A stretch of 64,000 bases of DNA, from NCBI GenBank assembly GCA_963771455.1, contig CAVYTP010000006.1, positions 143,410 through 207,409 on the forward strand, read 5' to 3'. This document shows, piece by piece, positions 1 through 11,501 of the stretch; position 1 is the stretch's first letter; each line of letters starts with the position of its first letter. Below the pieces are notes generated by a model. That model worked only from the letters and a program-made list of their open reading frames with translations. It was not told the DNA's origin and did no database searches. The position numbers and the translations under genes were made by a program. This DNA is from an uncultured Pseudomonadota bacterium. Its GTDB lineage: Bacteria > Pseudomonadota > Alphaproteobacteria > Rhizobiales > Beijerinckiaceae.

Positions 1-414
1 CTCGCCGCGCGCCAAGCGCGCTTGCGATTCGGCGTCGAAGCAAGATTTCTGATGCAGGGGTCCGCCATCGGGATCGCGCGCGCCGGCGTTGTCAGCCAGA
101 ATTCGACCCCGCGTACAAAAGCAGGGATAGACAAGGTCGCGCGCCATCAGGCGCTCGAGAACCGCCGCGTAATCCGGCAGGTGATCACTCTGCCGGCGCC
201 TCTCGCCCTCGAACGCGACGCCTAGCCAGGCGAGATCGTCAACGATCGCCTCTTCGAACGCTCGCTTCGAGCGGGTCGGATCGGTATCCTCGATACGCAG
301 CAAAAGGCGGCCGTCGGCGCGCCGCGCCGCGCGCTCGTTGCAGAGCGCGGAATAGGCGTGGCCGAGATGCAGGCGGCCATTGGGCGAGGGCGCAAATCGG
401 AAGTTCGGGCGCAA
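1..414 (-). CDS. gluQ: tRNA glutamyl-Q(34) synthetase GluQRS (partial, runs off the window start)
   Basis: Manual minus-strand translation from TTG at 414: MRPNFRFAPSPNGRLHLGHAYSAL...LLLRIEDTD...DLAWLG...RRQSDH...YPCFCTR. These are class I GluRS-like motifs. Absent from the ORF track because it has no stop inside the window. Confidence 0.85.
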   Translation of the reverse strand, partial: MRPNFRFAPSPNGRLHLGHAYSALCNERAARRADGRLLLRIEDTDPTRSKRAFEEAIVDDLAWLGVAFEGERRRQSDHLPDYAAVLERLMARDLVYPCFCTRGRILADNAGARDPDGGPLHQKSCFDAESQARLARGE

Positions 415-441
415 GAGCTGAGGTCATCGGAGGGAACGGAG

Positions 442-1167
442 TTGCCGACCAGTGTTTCGAAAACGCGCCCGCGCCGCAAGCCGGCGGCCAAGACCCTCGC
501 GCCGCCGCCGCTGATCGACGGGGAGGCTGCGCTCGCGCTTGCCGTGGCTGCGCTGGTCGAACTGGACCGGGAGACGATCGCCAAGCTGGTTGAGATCGGC
601 GGTCCGCCGCCGCTTCGGCTGCGCGAACCCGGCTTTGCCGGCCTCGCGGCGATCATCGTCTCGCAGCAGGTGTCGGTCGCCAGCGCCAACGCGATCTTCG
701 GCAGGCTCGAGGCCCGCATCGCCCCGCTGGACGCGGCGACGCTGCTTGCTGCGGAGGATGAGGCGCTGCGAAGCTGCGGGCTCTCGACGTCAAAGATGAA
801 GACGCTGCGCGCGCTCGCCCACGAGATTGCGCGCGAGGGGCTCGATCTCGCCGCGCTGGCGCAACTCGAAGCCCTGGAAGCGCACGCGAAGCTCACCAAG
901 GTGCATGGCGTTGGGCCGTGGACCGCCGACATCTTTCTGCTGTTCTGCCTCGGTCACCCCGACGCTTTTCCCGCCGGCGACCTCGCGTTGCAGGAGGCGG
1001 CGCGGCTAGCGCTCGGCCTCAAGAAGCGGCCGGACGCGAAACGGCTGACGAAAATCGCCGAGCGCTGGCGGCCCTATCGCGGCGTCGCGGCGCGCATGCT
1101 GTGGGCCTACTACCGCGTCGCCAAGCAACGTTCGGGCATCACGTTGGAGGGCGAGACGAAAGCGTGA
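442..1167 (+). CDS. alkA: DNA-3-methyladenine glycosylase II (AlkA, HhH-GPD family)
   Basis: IIVSQQVS..A, GVGPWTA helix-hairpin-helix, FPAGDLAL, WRPYRG. ORF track start is 358; TTG at 442 with a GGAGGGA RBS is preferred and avoids overlap with gluQ. Confidence 0.85.
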   Translation: MPTSVSKTRPRRKPAAKTLAPPPLIDGEAALALAVAALVELDRETIAKLVEIGGPPPLRLREPGFAGLAAIIVSQQVSVASANAIFGRLEARIAPLDAATLLAAEDEALRSCGLSTSKMKTLRALAHEIAREGLDLAALAQLEALEAHAKLTKVHGVGPWTADIFLLFCLGHPDAFPAGDLALQEAARLALGLKKRPDAKRLTKIAERWRPYRGVAARMLWAYYRVAKQRSGITLEGETKA

Positions 1168-1180
1168 GCGCGAGGCGCCC

Positions 1181-2440
1181 TCAACGGGTGGCGCTTCTCA
1201 GCGATCGCCCTTCGGCCGGAAGGCAGAACCAGACGCAGGCCGCCACCCCGAGGCCGGCGAGTGCGACGAGCCAGCCGAGCGGACGGGGCGTTCCATCGGC
1301 GAAGGTTCCGACCAATCCCGAGCCGACCATCCCTGCGCCGTACTGCAACGCGCCCACCAGCGCCGACACGGCGCCCGCTCGGTCGGGGAACGCGGACATC
1401 GAGCCGGCAAGCGAGTTTGCGACAATGAAACCCGTCATCGCGATATACAGGAATAGAGTGAAGGCGAGGCCGGCCAAGCCGCCAAACCCGGTCGAAGCCG
1501 TGATCGCGGCGGCGATCCCGGCGACCGCCACGCCCACGGATCCAAAGCGGAGCAACGGGATCAACCCCCGCTTCATGACAAGGCGGGCATTGATGAGATT
1601 TGACCCCATGATGCCGAGGATGCCCGTTCCGAACACCAGTCCGTAGAACTGCGGCGGCAAGTGATAAAAGTCGATATAAGCGAAAGGCGTCCCGGCGACG
1701 TAGGCGAACACTCCGACATAATAGAAGGCGCCGGCCCCGGCGAGAGCGAGCAGCCGGGGCTCCCGCAGCAGTTCGACATAGCTGGCAAGCGCCCCGCCAA
1801 TGCCTTGCTGGTTGCGGCGCTCGGGCGGCAACGTCTCGGGCAGCGTGAACAGCGCGGCGAATGTCGCCACGCCAATGCCGACCAGAGTCCAGAAAATCAT
1901 CTGCCAGGAAGCAAAGTGCAGGATCTGCCCGCCGACGATCGGCCCCAGCAGCGGCGCAACCGCCATGACGGTGATCAATGTCGACAGCATCTGCGCCGAA
2001 CGGGCGCCCGAATAGAGATCGCGCACCATGGCGCGCGAAAGCACAACGCCAGCGCTCGCTCCCACCGCCTGCACCAGCCGCCAACCAATCATCTCGCTCG
2101 CGCCGTGAGACAGCGCGCAGCCGGCGGAGCCGATCACGAACAGGACCAGCCCGATCGCGATCGGCAGGCGCCGTCCATATCGGTCGCTGACTGGCCCCCA
2201 GAACAACTGCCCGACGCTGAAGCCGATCAGATAACCAGAGATGGTCATCTCCATCGCGCCCTGATTGGATCGCAAGGCGTGGGCCATGGTCGGCAGTGCG
2301 GGAAGGTAAAGATCGGTCGAGATCGACGCAAAGCCCATCAGCAGGCTGAGGATCAGGATCACGTGAAGACTTTGACCGCCTTTGTTTGATGACGCCCGTT
2401 CGGCGCATTCGAGGGGCGCAACATCAGCGGCAGAGTTCAT
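1181..2440 (-). CDS. Bcr/CflA family multidrug efflux MFS transporter
   Basis: DLYLPALP, GPVSDRYGRR, RAMVRDLY motifs; about 12 hydrophobic segments. Confidence 0.9.
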   Translation of the reverse strand: MNSAADVAPLECAERASSNKGGQSLHVILILSLLMGFASISTDLYLPALPTMAHALRSNQGAMEMTISGYLIGFSVGQLFWGPVSDRYGRRLPIAIGLVLFVIGSAGCALSHGASEMIGWRLVQAVGASAGVVLSRAMVRDLYSGARSAQMLSTLITVMAVAPLLGPIVGGQILHFASWQMIFWTLVGIGVATFAALFTLPETLPPERRNQQGIGGALASYVELLREPRLLALAGAGAFYYVGVFAYVAGTPFAYIDFYHLPPQFYGLVFGTGILGIMGSNLINARLVMKRGLIPLLRFGSVGVAVAGIAAAITASTGFGGLAGLAFTLFLYIAMTGFIVANSLAGSMSAFPDRAGAVSALVGALQYGAGMVGSGLVGTFADGTPRPLGWLVALAGLGVAACVWFCLPAEGRSLRSATR

Positions 2441-2471
2441 CCCGGATCAAATCCTCAAGGTTCGACTGAAA

Positions 2472-2494
2472 CGCTCGCGCGGAATGCGCGAGCG
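2472..2494. terminator. Intergenic hairpin between aldo/keto reductase and MFS gene
   Basis: CGCTCGCGC-ggaat-GCGCGAGCG perfect 9-bp stem; no clear U-tract. Confidence 0.4.
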
Positions 2495-2506
2495 TCGAGG
2501 GAGCCG

Positions 2507-3575
<1,069 letters not shown>

Positions 3576-3780
3576 TTAGACGGAAGAAAGCGCATGAAGT
3601 GATATCGGTTATTCATGAGTGCGTGGGTGCGCAGGCACGCCTGCTCCCGCTAACTCGGATATCTGGAGCCGTACGGCGCTGAGATATCAGATTGGTCGCA
3701 ATATATTGCGTCTAAGCCCCGCGCACGCCGGATTTCTCTTCCACGCCCCAAGTCGCGAGCTTGTCGAAAGAGGCCCCCGC

Positions 3781-4308
3781 TTACACGAGCCGAGGCGCGA
3801 CCCGGCCCGCGGTCTCGCTCACTTCGGCACGATCGTTAGGGGAAGCGTCGCGGCCAACTGGCCGCCCTTCGACGAGCTCAGTTCCTCCCGCGCCCAACTC
3901 CTCCTCGCGAGCGTTTGACGCGACCCTTCCCCGGATCTCGCTACGGGCGGCATGCAGGTGCTCGTCGGGCCGGTCTTCGATCGCCGCGATGGTGCTGTTG
4001 GCGTTTCGGGTGGCGAGAATCAGCTCGTCCAATTTGAGCTGGACGGCCAGCGTGTCTCGATTTTGAGAGTTCTGGATAAGAAAGACCATCAGGAATGTTA
4101 CGATCGTGGCGCCCGTCGTTATGACGAGCTCCCACCCATCGCTGTAGTGGAAATAGGGGCCAGTTAGCGCCCAAGCGACCACGATAGCGGCCGCAAGCAG
4201 AAACGCCTCCGGCCGGGCCGCCCATCGCGCAGTCGCGCTGGCGAACCGGCTGAAGGTTGACGTGGCCGCGCTCTGCGCCCGAGGGCGAGCGGCGCCGGTT
4301 TGCGTCAC
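3781..4308 (-). CDS. Low-affinity iron permease (Fet4-like) family protein
   Basis: WALTGPYFHYSDGWELVITTG.TIVTFLMVFLIQNSQNRD..A.QLKLDELI family signature; GTG start chosen. Confidence 0.85.
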   Translation of the reverse strand: MTQTGAARPRAQSAATSTFSRFASATARWAARPEAFLLAAAIVVAWALTGPYFHYSDGWELVITTGATIVTFLMVFLIQNSQNRDTLAVQLKLDELILATRNANSTIAAIEDRPDEHLHAARSEIRGRVASNAREEELGAGGTELVEGRPVGRDASPNDRAEVSETAGRVAPRLV

Positions 4309-4312
4309 GACC

Positions 4313-4705
4313 TTACAGGGATCCCGTCCCATAAGAGGTAAGCACCGGCCGTGCGCCCAGCTCGCCACGGGTTGAAGCGATCATCGCTTCAAAATCTTCG
4401 CCGATGCCCAGCTCGGTGGCGACGGCGCGAAGCCCTTCTTCGCGAGCCCGCGCGATCTTGTAAACGCTGTAGACCGCGTGCGCGTTGTTGGCGGCTTCAG
4501 CGACTACGATGTCGCATTCGACGCCAGACGCCATATAGGGGGATGCCGGACGAGCCGCCGGCGCGACTTCGGCGCTGCGGGCTTTCTTGTCGGCGAAAGC
4601 GTCGAACAATACCGCGCCCGTGCGCTTGAAATCCGAAATTGCCGCTGCAAATTCAACGCGAAAACCGCGCCAGGACGATTTATCGACAGTGAAAGGAAAG
4701 GCCAT
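4313..4705 (-). CDS. Hypothetical protein
   Basis: 130-aa ORF with AGGAG RBS and normal composition, co-oriented and adjacent to the iron permease gene. Confidence 0.6.
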   Translation of the reverse strand: MAFPFTVDKSSWRGFRVEFAAAISDFKRTGAVLFDAFADKKARSAEVAPAARPASPYMASGVECDIVVAEAANNAHAVYSVYKIARAREEGLRAVATELGIGEDFEAMIASTRGELGARPVLTSYGTGSL

Positions 4706-4761
4706 CTCTCGCTCCTACCAGGACGCGCGGCGGAAGCCGCATACCCCGCTCTTACGGGATG

Positions 4762-4786
4762 AACCTGATGCCCTGAGATTGGTTCC
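4762..4786 (-). promoter_or_regulatory. EcfG/SigT-type general stress response promoter
   Basis: Minus strand reads GGAAC-N16-GGTT, about 55 nt upstream of ATG 4705; matches the alphaproteobacterial EcfG consensus GGAAC-N16/17-(C/G)GTT. Confidence 0.6.
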
Positions 4787-4941
4787 CGAGGATTCTCGAG
4801 ATATTTTGGCGCGGCTGCGAAAGCCACTCCCGGAAGGGCTTGATGCGACGAAGCGAACTTAAAAAGATTTTCGAAAATGACCTTATCTACCGCCGAGTAG
4901 ACCGCCCCCGCCTTTGCCGGGCGGGAGCGGCAATTTCGCTG

Positions 4942-5553
4942 TCAAACCGTGACCAGCGCCCGCGACTTCGTCAGCTTACCTGTTTCCGCCGCTCGGACCA
5001 GAATCGACTGGAAGGCCTCGGACGTCGCGAGCATATCCATGCTCTGGCCAACTTCGAGCAACGATTTGGCATAGTAGACGACCATCATCCTCGCCATATC
5101 GCTGGAGAGCGTCGGCACTAGGGCGATAACGGGCGTCTCGCCAACCACCTTCTGCACTTCCGGCAGCAGCGCCATTGCACTCTTCAAATGGCGTCGGTCC
5201 ATTTGATATTCGCGCTGCACGAGCACGGGATAACCGGGTTTCACCTCTCCAAAAATAGTGCGCCAGAACTCGGGACCTTCCCAACGCGAAGTCTGCTCTT
5301 GTTCCGTTTCGGCGCGCAGCGCGGCGAACGCGGGATCAGCGTAAAATGCGGCGGTGACTTTGGCCGCCGTCTCAGAGTTTTCGACAATGCCATAGAGATG
5401 GATGTCGCCGGCGCCGTCGCCCCAAGCGACGTTCGCGACGCGTGCGCGCGCGCCGGCGCGGGTCAGGATTTCTGCCGTTCGCCGGATGCGCTCGAGGGAT
5501 TTGGCCGCTTTGCCGGGAATCGGATGAAATATAGTTGTAGAGACGACAGTCAT
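4942..5553 (-). CDS. Hypothetical protein, possible tandem dimeric alpha/beta-barrel (NIPSNAP-like)
   Basis: Two similar halves of about 100 aa (..YADPAFAALR / ..ATSEAFQSIL) and a GGAGG RBS. Fold assignment is inference. Confidence 0.5.
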   Translation of the reverse strand: MTVVSTTIFHPIPGKAAKSLERIRRTAEILTRAGARARVANVAWGDGAGDIHLYGIVENSETAAKVTAAFYADPAFAALRAETEQEQTSRWEGPEFWRTIFGEVKPGYPVLVQREYQMDRRHLKSAMALLPEVQKVVGETPVIALVPTLSSDMARMMVVYYAKSLLEVGQSMDMLATSEAFQSILVRAAETGKLTKSRALVTV

Positions 5554-5680
5554 TGAATGCCTCCCAAATTGCCGAGGTGCATACAAAAGGCCCGCGGCGT
5601 ATATGAAAGTGCGGCAACGGCCCCTATTTATCAAGTCCAAACCGTGTTATTTGATCGCACAACTTTAGGCTCCCCAACCG

Positions 5681-6400
5681 ATGATCTCTTTCAAAGTCAT
5701 CCGTGAGCGCGCCGAGCGCCGCAAGGGCGGCGCCGCGGCGCTGGCGGCTCTGCTTCCACCCGCGCCCGAGCCTGCCAAACTCAAGGCGCTAGGCGACGAT
5801 CGCGCGCTCGCCGAAATGGCCCGCCGAGTGTTTTCGGCGGGCTTTTCCTGGAGCGTGATCGAAGCGAAATGGGAAGGATTCGAGGCGGCTTTCCTGCGGT
5901 TCGATCCGGCGGCGCTCGCCTTTCAGCCCGAAGATTTCTGGGATGGGTTGACCCGTGACACACGCATCGTCCGCAACGGCGCCAAAATCCTATCGGTCCG
6001 CGAGAACGCCGTTTTTGTAAGAGCGATCGCACGCGAGCACGGCGGGTTCGGCGCTTTCCTCTACAACTGGCCATCTTCCGATGAGATCGGGTTGCTCGAC
6101 GTTCTCATCAAACAGGGATCGCGGCTCGGCGGCATGAGCGGACAGATGCTTTTGCGCGGGCTTGGTTGGGACGGCTTCGTGTTGTCGAAGGACGTCGTGC
6201 TGTGCTTGAGGGACGCGGGTCTCGAAATCGCGCCCGAGCCGAAGTCTAAAAGCGACATGGCCAAGATCCAGGCGCTGTTCAACGCTTGGGCGAAAGAGAC
6301 AGGACTTTCCTATCTCCATCTGTCGCGGATCATGGCGATGTCGATTGGCGAGAACTACGCGGCGGAGAAGATTGCGGCATTGACGCTGGATGGGGCGTGA
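5681..6400 (+). CDS. DNA-3-methyladenine glycosylase I-like protein (Tag/Adenine_glyco family)
   Basis: RVFSAGFSWSVIEAKWEGFEAAF.RFDP and RIVRNGAKI motifs. Confidence 0.85.
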   Translation: MISFKVIRERAERRKGGAAALAALLPPAPEPAKLKALGDDRALAEMARRVFSAGFSWSVIEAKWEGFEAAFLRFDPAALAFQPEDFWDGLTRDTRIVRNGAKILSVRENAVFVRAIAREHGGFGAFLYNWPSSDEIGLLDVLIKQGSRLGGMSGQMLLRGLGWDGFVLSKDVVLCLRDAGLEIAPEPKSKSDMAKIQALFNAWAKETGLSYLHLSRIMAMSIGENYAAEKIAALTLDGA

Positions 6401-6403
6401 AAC

Positions 6404-6463
6404 GCCCTCGCCCAGGCGCTCGCCCGTCTACGGCAGTAAGGTGACGGAAGCGCCGGATGAGGG
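6404..6463. repeat. Degenerate REP/RIME-like element
   Basis: ...aaggtgacggaagcgccggatgaggg resembles the copies at 20728 and 24564; lies between convergent genes. Confidence 0.45.
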
Positions 6464-6473
6464 CAGCGCCGCC

Positions 6474-7703
6474 TCAGAGCGGCTTGAAATCGCGCACGAA
6501 CCGCGTCAGCGCGGCGAGCGCGACGTCGCAATCTTCCAGCGTGATGGATTCCAGCGGATTGTGGCTGATGCCGCCTTTGCAGCGCACAAACAGCATGCCG
6601 GCAGGGCAAAGCTGGCCCATGATCATCGTATCGTGGCCGGCGCCCGAAGGCAGATGGATACGATCTGTGACCGATCGCCGTCGTGGCGTTGTCGAACGCC
6701 GGTGACGATGCGCGGGTCGCAGACATAGGCCTGTGCTTCGTGCGTCTGGGCGAGACGTTAATTGCACGTTGCGACGCTTGGCGATCTGCAGGCAACGCGC
6801 TGACGATGTCGGAGACGGCGCGGCGGCGCCATTCGTCGCGGGGCGACCGAATGTCGATCGAGAACCGCACCAGGCCGGCAATGACGTTGACGGCGCCGGG
6901 CTCGGCGTCGAGCCGGCCGACCGTCGCGACGAGATCGTTCTCGAGTCGCGCGCGCGCCTCGATCGCCAGGATCATCTCGGCAGCCGCCGCCAGCGCATCC
7001 TGCCGCAAGCGACATCGGCACCGCGCCGGCATGGCCGGCGAGGCCGTGGACGGTCGCGGCGAGGCGGGTCGCGCCATTGATCGCGCCGACCGTGCCGATC
7101 GCCAGGCCCTCGGCTTCGAGCACCGGGCCCTGCTCGATGTGGAGTTCCACGAAGGCGTTGACGCCGCTGGCGCGCAACTGGAACAGCTTTTCAGGATCGC
7201 CGCCGAACTCGACCAGCGCCTGCTGCAGCGAAACGCCCTCCTTGTCTTTCAGGATCAGGCAACTCTGCGGCACGACGCCCGCGAGCGCGCGCGATCCCGT
7301 CATGGTGGTCGGGAAGCGCACGCCTTCCTCGTCGCCGAACGCAACGACGTCGATCGCGATGATCGAGCCGCTCGCCGGCGGCGTGCAGTTGCTCGACGAC
7401 CGCAAGGCCGGCGAGCGCGCCGAGGTTGCCGTCGTAGCGGCCGGCGTCGCGCACCGTGTCGATATGCGAGCCGATCATCAGGACCGGCGCGCTTTTGGTC
7501 TTGCCTTCGTAGCGGCCATGGACGTTGCCGGCGGCGTCGATTTCCGGATCGATGCCGAGCGCGTCGGCCCATTGCGCGAACCGCTCGCAGGCGGCGCGAT
7601 AGGAAGGCGAGAGATAGAGCCGGGTCAGCTTGCCCGGCTCGTCAGTGAAGGCTGCGAATTCGTCGAGGCGCGCCATCAGACGGCGCGCGGCTTCACTCGT
7701 CAT
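6474..7703 (-). CDS. allC: Allantoate amidohydrolase (M20 family; several frameshifts)
   Basis: GSHIDTV..GRYDGNLG, DEEGVRF, ELHIEQGPVLE, GHAGAVPM, SGAGHD and GGISHNP across frames. Confidence 0.85.
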
Positions 7704-7714
7704 TGTTACCGCTT

Positions 7715-8966
7715 TCAGTTCTGGGCCACTTTGGCCACGCCGAGCCAGCGGGCAAGCGTTTCGCGCTCCTGCGGGGTGATTTCGGTGAGGTTGTTGGGCG
7801 GCATGGCGTGGGTCAGCACCGCCTGCATCCGGATCGCCGAAGCGAAGCGCTGGATGTTCTCGGGCGTATCGAGCAGCACGCCCTTCGGCGCCTCGCCGAT
7901 GCCCTCCCAGACCGGCTCGGGCGCGTGGCACATCGAGCAGCGCGACTGCACGACGGCGACCGACGTCGGCGGGCGCTTTCGGCAGATCGACGGCGGCCTC
8001 CTTCACCGGCGGCAGGTCGCCAAGGCCAAGCATCGGGCGCATGCCCGGCGAGGCCGACATCGCGATCCAGAACGCGATCCACAGCGACGCCGCTGCGACG
8101 CCCCAGGCCCACCAGGGCGCCTTTGCGTGCTCGCCGTGGTAGGAATTGTAGAAATAGCGGATCAGCGCGCCCGCCACGATCACGCAGGTCACCAGCGCCG
8201 GGATCGCCGCCGCATTGGTGTAGGTGATGGGATAGTGGTTCGACAGCATCATGAACAGCACGGGCAGCGTGATGTAATTGTTGTGCGTCGAACGCTGCTT
8301 GGATTCCTTGCCCCATTTCGGGTCCGGCGTCTCGCCCGCCAGCAGCGCCGCCACCGACTTGCGCTGGTTGGGCATGATGATGATGAACACGTTGGCGGTC
8401 ATCATCGTCGCCATCAGCGCGCCGGTGTGGATCAGCGCGCCGCGGCCCGAGAACAGCTTGGTGAACACGAAGCTCGTCAGGACGACATAGCCGAAGCCGA
8501 CGAGCGCGAGCAGCGCGTCGTTCTTGGCGAGCGGCGACTTGCAGATCAGGTCGTAGACGATCCAGCCGAGCGCCAGCGCGACGATGCCGACGACCGCGGC
8601 CTGCCAGGGCTGCAGCGGCAGCACGGCGGGATCGATCAGGAAGAAGCTCGCCTGGCCGTAATAGACCCAGCAGAGCAGGCTGAAGCCGGAAATCCAGGTC
8701 CAGTAGGACTGCCACTTGTGCCAGATCAGATGGTCGGGGAGCATCGGCGGCGCGAGCGTGTATTTGCTCATCTCGTAGAAGCCGCCGCCATGCACCTGCC
8801 AGGAGACGCCGTAGACGCCGGGCTTCTGGTCGGCCGCTTTGCGCAAAGAGGCGTCGAGATGCATGAAGAAGAACGAGCCGCCGATCCAGGCGATCGCCGC
8901 CGTCACATGCAGCCAGCGCAGGATGATCGAACCCCACTCGATCAGATACGGTCCCCACGCCCCCAT
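7715..8966 (-). CDS. puuD: Urate hydroxylase PuuD (membrane domain plus C-terminal cytochrome c; one frameshift near 7960)
   Basis: LRWLHV.AAIAWIG.SF, WQVHGGGFY, KWQSYWTW.SGF, KQRSTHNNY.TLPV and CSMCH heme-binding motif. Confidence 0.9.
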
Positions 8967-9094
8967 GCTCGGCCCCCAGTCCCGTGCGCCCCGTGCGTCG
9001 GCCCGCGAACGTGCAAGATATCTGCCGCGTCGCTCGCTTGCCCACGCGAAATCTCAGGAATATTTTGCGAAATCAATTGGAAAATGACGGCGGG

Positions 9095-10029
9095 ATGATC
9101 GCTCTCGAAAACATCCGAATCTTCCTGCGCGCGATCGAGACCGGCTCGTTTTCGGCGGCCGGCCGGATGCTGCGCCTTTCGCCCTCCGTGGTCAGCTATC
9201 GAATCCAGCTGCTCGAGGACACGCTCGGCGCGCGGCTGCTGACCCGCACGACCCGCAACATGCGGCTGACCGAGGCGGGCGAGGTCTTTCTCGAGCATTG
9301 CCGGGAAATCGTCGAGGCGGTCGAGCGCGCCGAGGCGAGCGTCGCGGAGAGCACCGGCGCCTCGCCGAAGGGCGTGCTCGGGTGACGGCGCCGCTCGGCC
9401 TCGGCCGGCGCGTCATCGCGCCGATGGTCGCCCGCTACCGCAGCCGCAGCCGCATACCGAAGTGCGCCTGCGGCTGTCGGACCATATCCTCGACATCGTG
9501 CAGGAGGGCGTCGACCTCGCGATCCGGCTCGCGCGCATGCAGGATTCGAGCTTCACCTTGCGCAAGATCGCCGAGGTCGAGCGCGTGCTCTGCGCTTCGC
9601 CCGCCTATCTCGGAAGGCGCGGCATGCCCCAGACGCCCGCGCGACCTGTCGCAGCCACGACTGCCTGCTGTTGCGCTTTCCCGGCTCGCAGCAGTTCCGC
9701 TGGACCCTCGACTTTCGCGGCGAATCGGTCTCGGCTCCGGTCGAAGGACCGGTCGACGCCGACGATGGCGACGTATTGACGCAATGGGCGCTCGACGGGC
9801 TCGGCATCGTGCTGAAGCCGCTATTCGAGGTCGCCGAATATCTCGCCGACGGCCGGCTCGTCGAGGTGTTGCCGGAGGCGCGGCCGCAATCGACGACGCT
9901 CGGCATTCTCTACCCGACCCGCCGCATGCTGCCGCCCGGACCAAGGCCTTCATCGACCTGGCGGTGGAAGAGTTGCGCCGCCATCTCGCCCGAGAGTTGC
10001 AAGGCGCGCCTGCTCGCTCGCCTTTGTAG
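9095..10029 (+). CDS. LysR family transcriptional regulator, divergent from puuD (frameshifted)
   Basis: GSFSAAGR.L.LSPS.VS..I..LE..LG.RLL.RTTR HTH; EGVDLAIR substrate-binding domain. Confidence 0.88.
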
Positions 10030-10118
10030 CCGCGGTCGCTGACCGCGCGGGCTGCGCCTGACGAGACGGGTTACCGACCCACCTACAAAAGGGGCGCCGT
10101 CGGCGTTTTGCCGCGATC

Positions 10119-10134
10119 ATAACCCGGCATTAAC
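10119..10134 (+). promoter_or_regulatory. CtrA-like box upstream of tolQ
   Basis: ATAA-CCCGGCA-TTAAC, one mismatch to TTAA-N7-TTAAC. Confidence 0.45.
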
Positions 10135-10311
10135 CCTATCAAGCGCTTAACTGAGCTGAAGAAAACACGGCCATTCGGCGGCGTCGTTACGGGACAAAGT
10201 TTCGGCCCATTTGCAGCGCATCTGCGCCCGGCTTCCCGTACGACGCTCTGCCGTCGGACCTTTCGCTTAAAAGCCAAAACCTTACCAAAGACGCACAAGG
10301 CGCCGCCACGC

Positions 10312-11011
<700 letters not shown>

Positions 11012-11038
11012 CGCCGAACCTGCAAGGAGAATTGCGCG

Positions 11039-11488
11039 ATGGGAATGTCAGTCGGCGCCGGTGGGCGAAAGAGCGGCCGAGGTCGCCGCGGCGTGCCGCG
11101 CTACGGCGCGATGGCCGACATCAACATGACGCCGTTCATCGACGTGATGCTGGTGCTGCTCATCATCTTCATGGTCGCCGCGCCGCTGTTGACGAGCGGC
11201 GTCGCGGTCGATCTGCCGCAGGCGAAGGCGGGCGCGCTCAACATCGAGCAGAAGCCGGTAGCGATCGCGATCGACGAAAAGGGCCAGCTGTTCCTGATGG
11301 ATCAGCCGATCGCCGACGCCGATTTCCTCGACAAGCTCGGGGCGCTCGCCAAGGACGGCACGGATTCGCGCGTCTATGTTCGCGCCTCGAAGACCGTGCC
11401 CTACGGCCGGGTCGCCCAGATCATGGCCCAAGTCACCAGCGCCGGCTACAAGAAGGTTGCTCTCGTGACCGAGCCTGACGCGCGCTGA
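11039..11488 (+). CDS. tolR: Tol-Pal protein TolR
   Basis: DINMTPFIDVMLVLLIIFMVAAP; follows tolQ. Confidence 0.92.
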   Translation: MGMSVGAGGRKSGRGRRGVPRYGAMADINMTPFIDVMLVLLIIFMVAAPLLTSGVAVDLPQAKAGALNIEQKPVAIAIDEKGQLFLMDQPIADADFLDKLGALAKDGTDSRVYVRASKTVPYGRVAQIMAQVTSAGYKKVALVTEPDAR

Positions 11489-11501
11489 CGGAGCCGCCGG
11501 C

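Noticed and set aside
7077-9098. 673-aa plus-strand ORF and similar long antisense ORFs (35459..37051, 37485..38819, 46977..48197)
   Set aside because: Antisense to well-supported genes; typical of GC-rich DNA with few stop codons.
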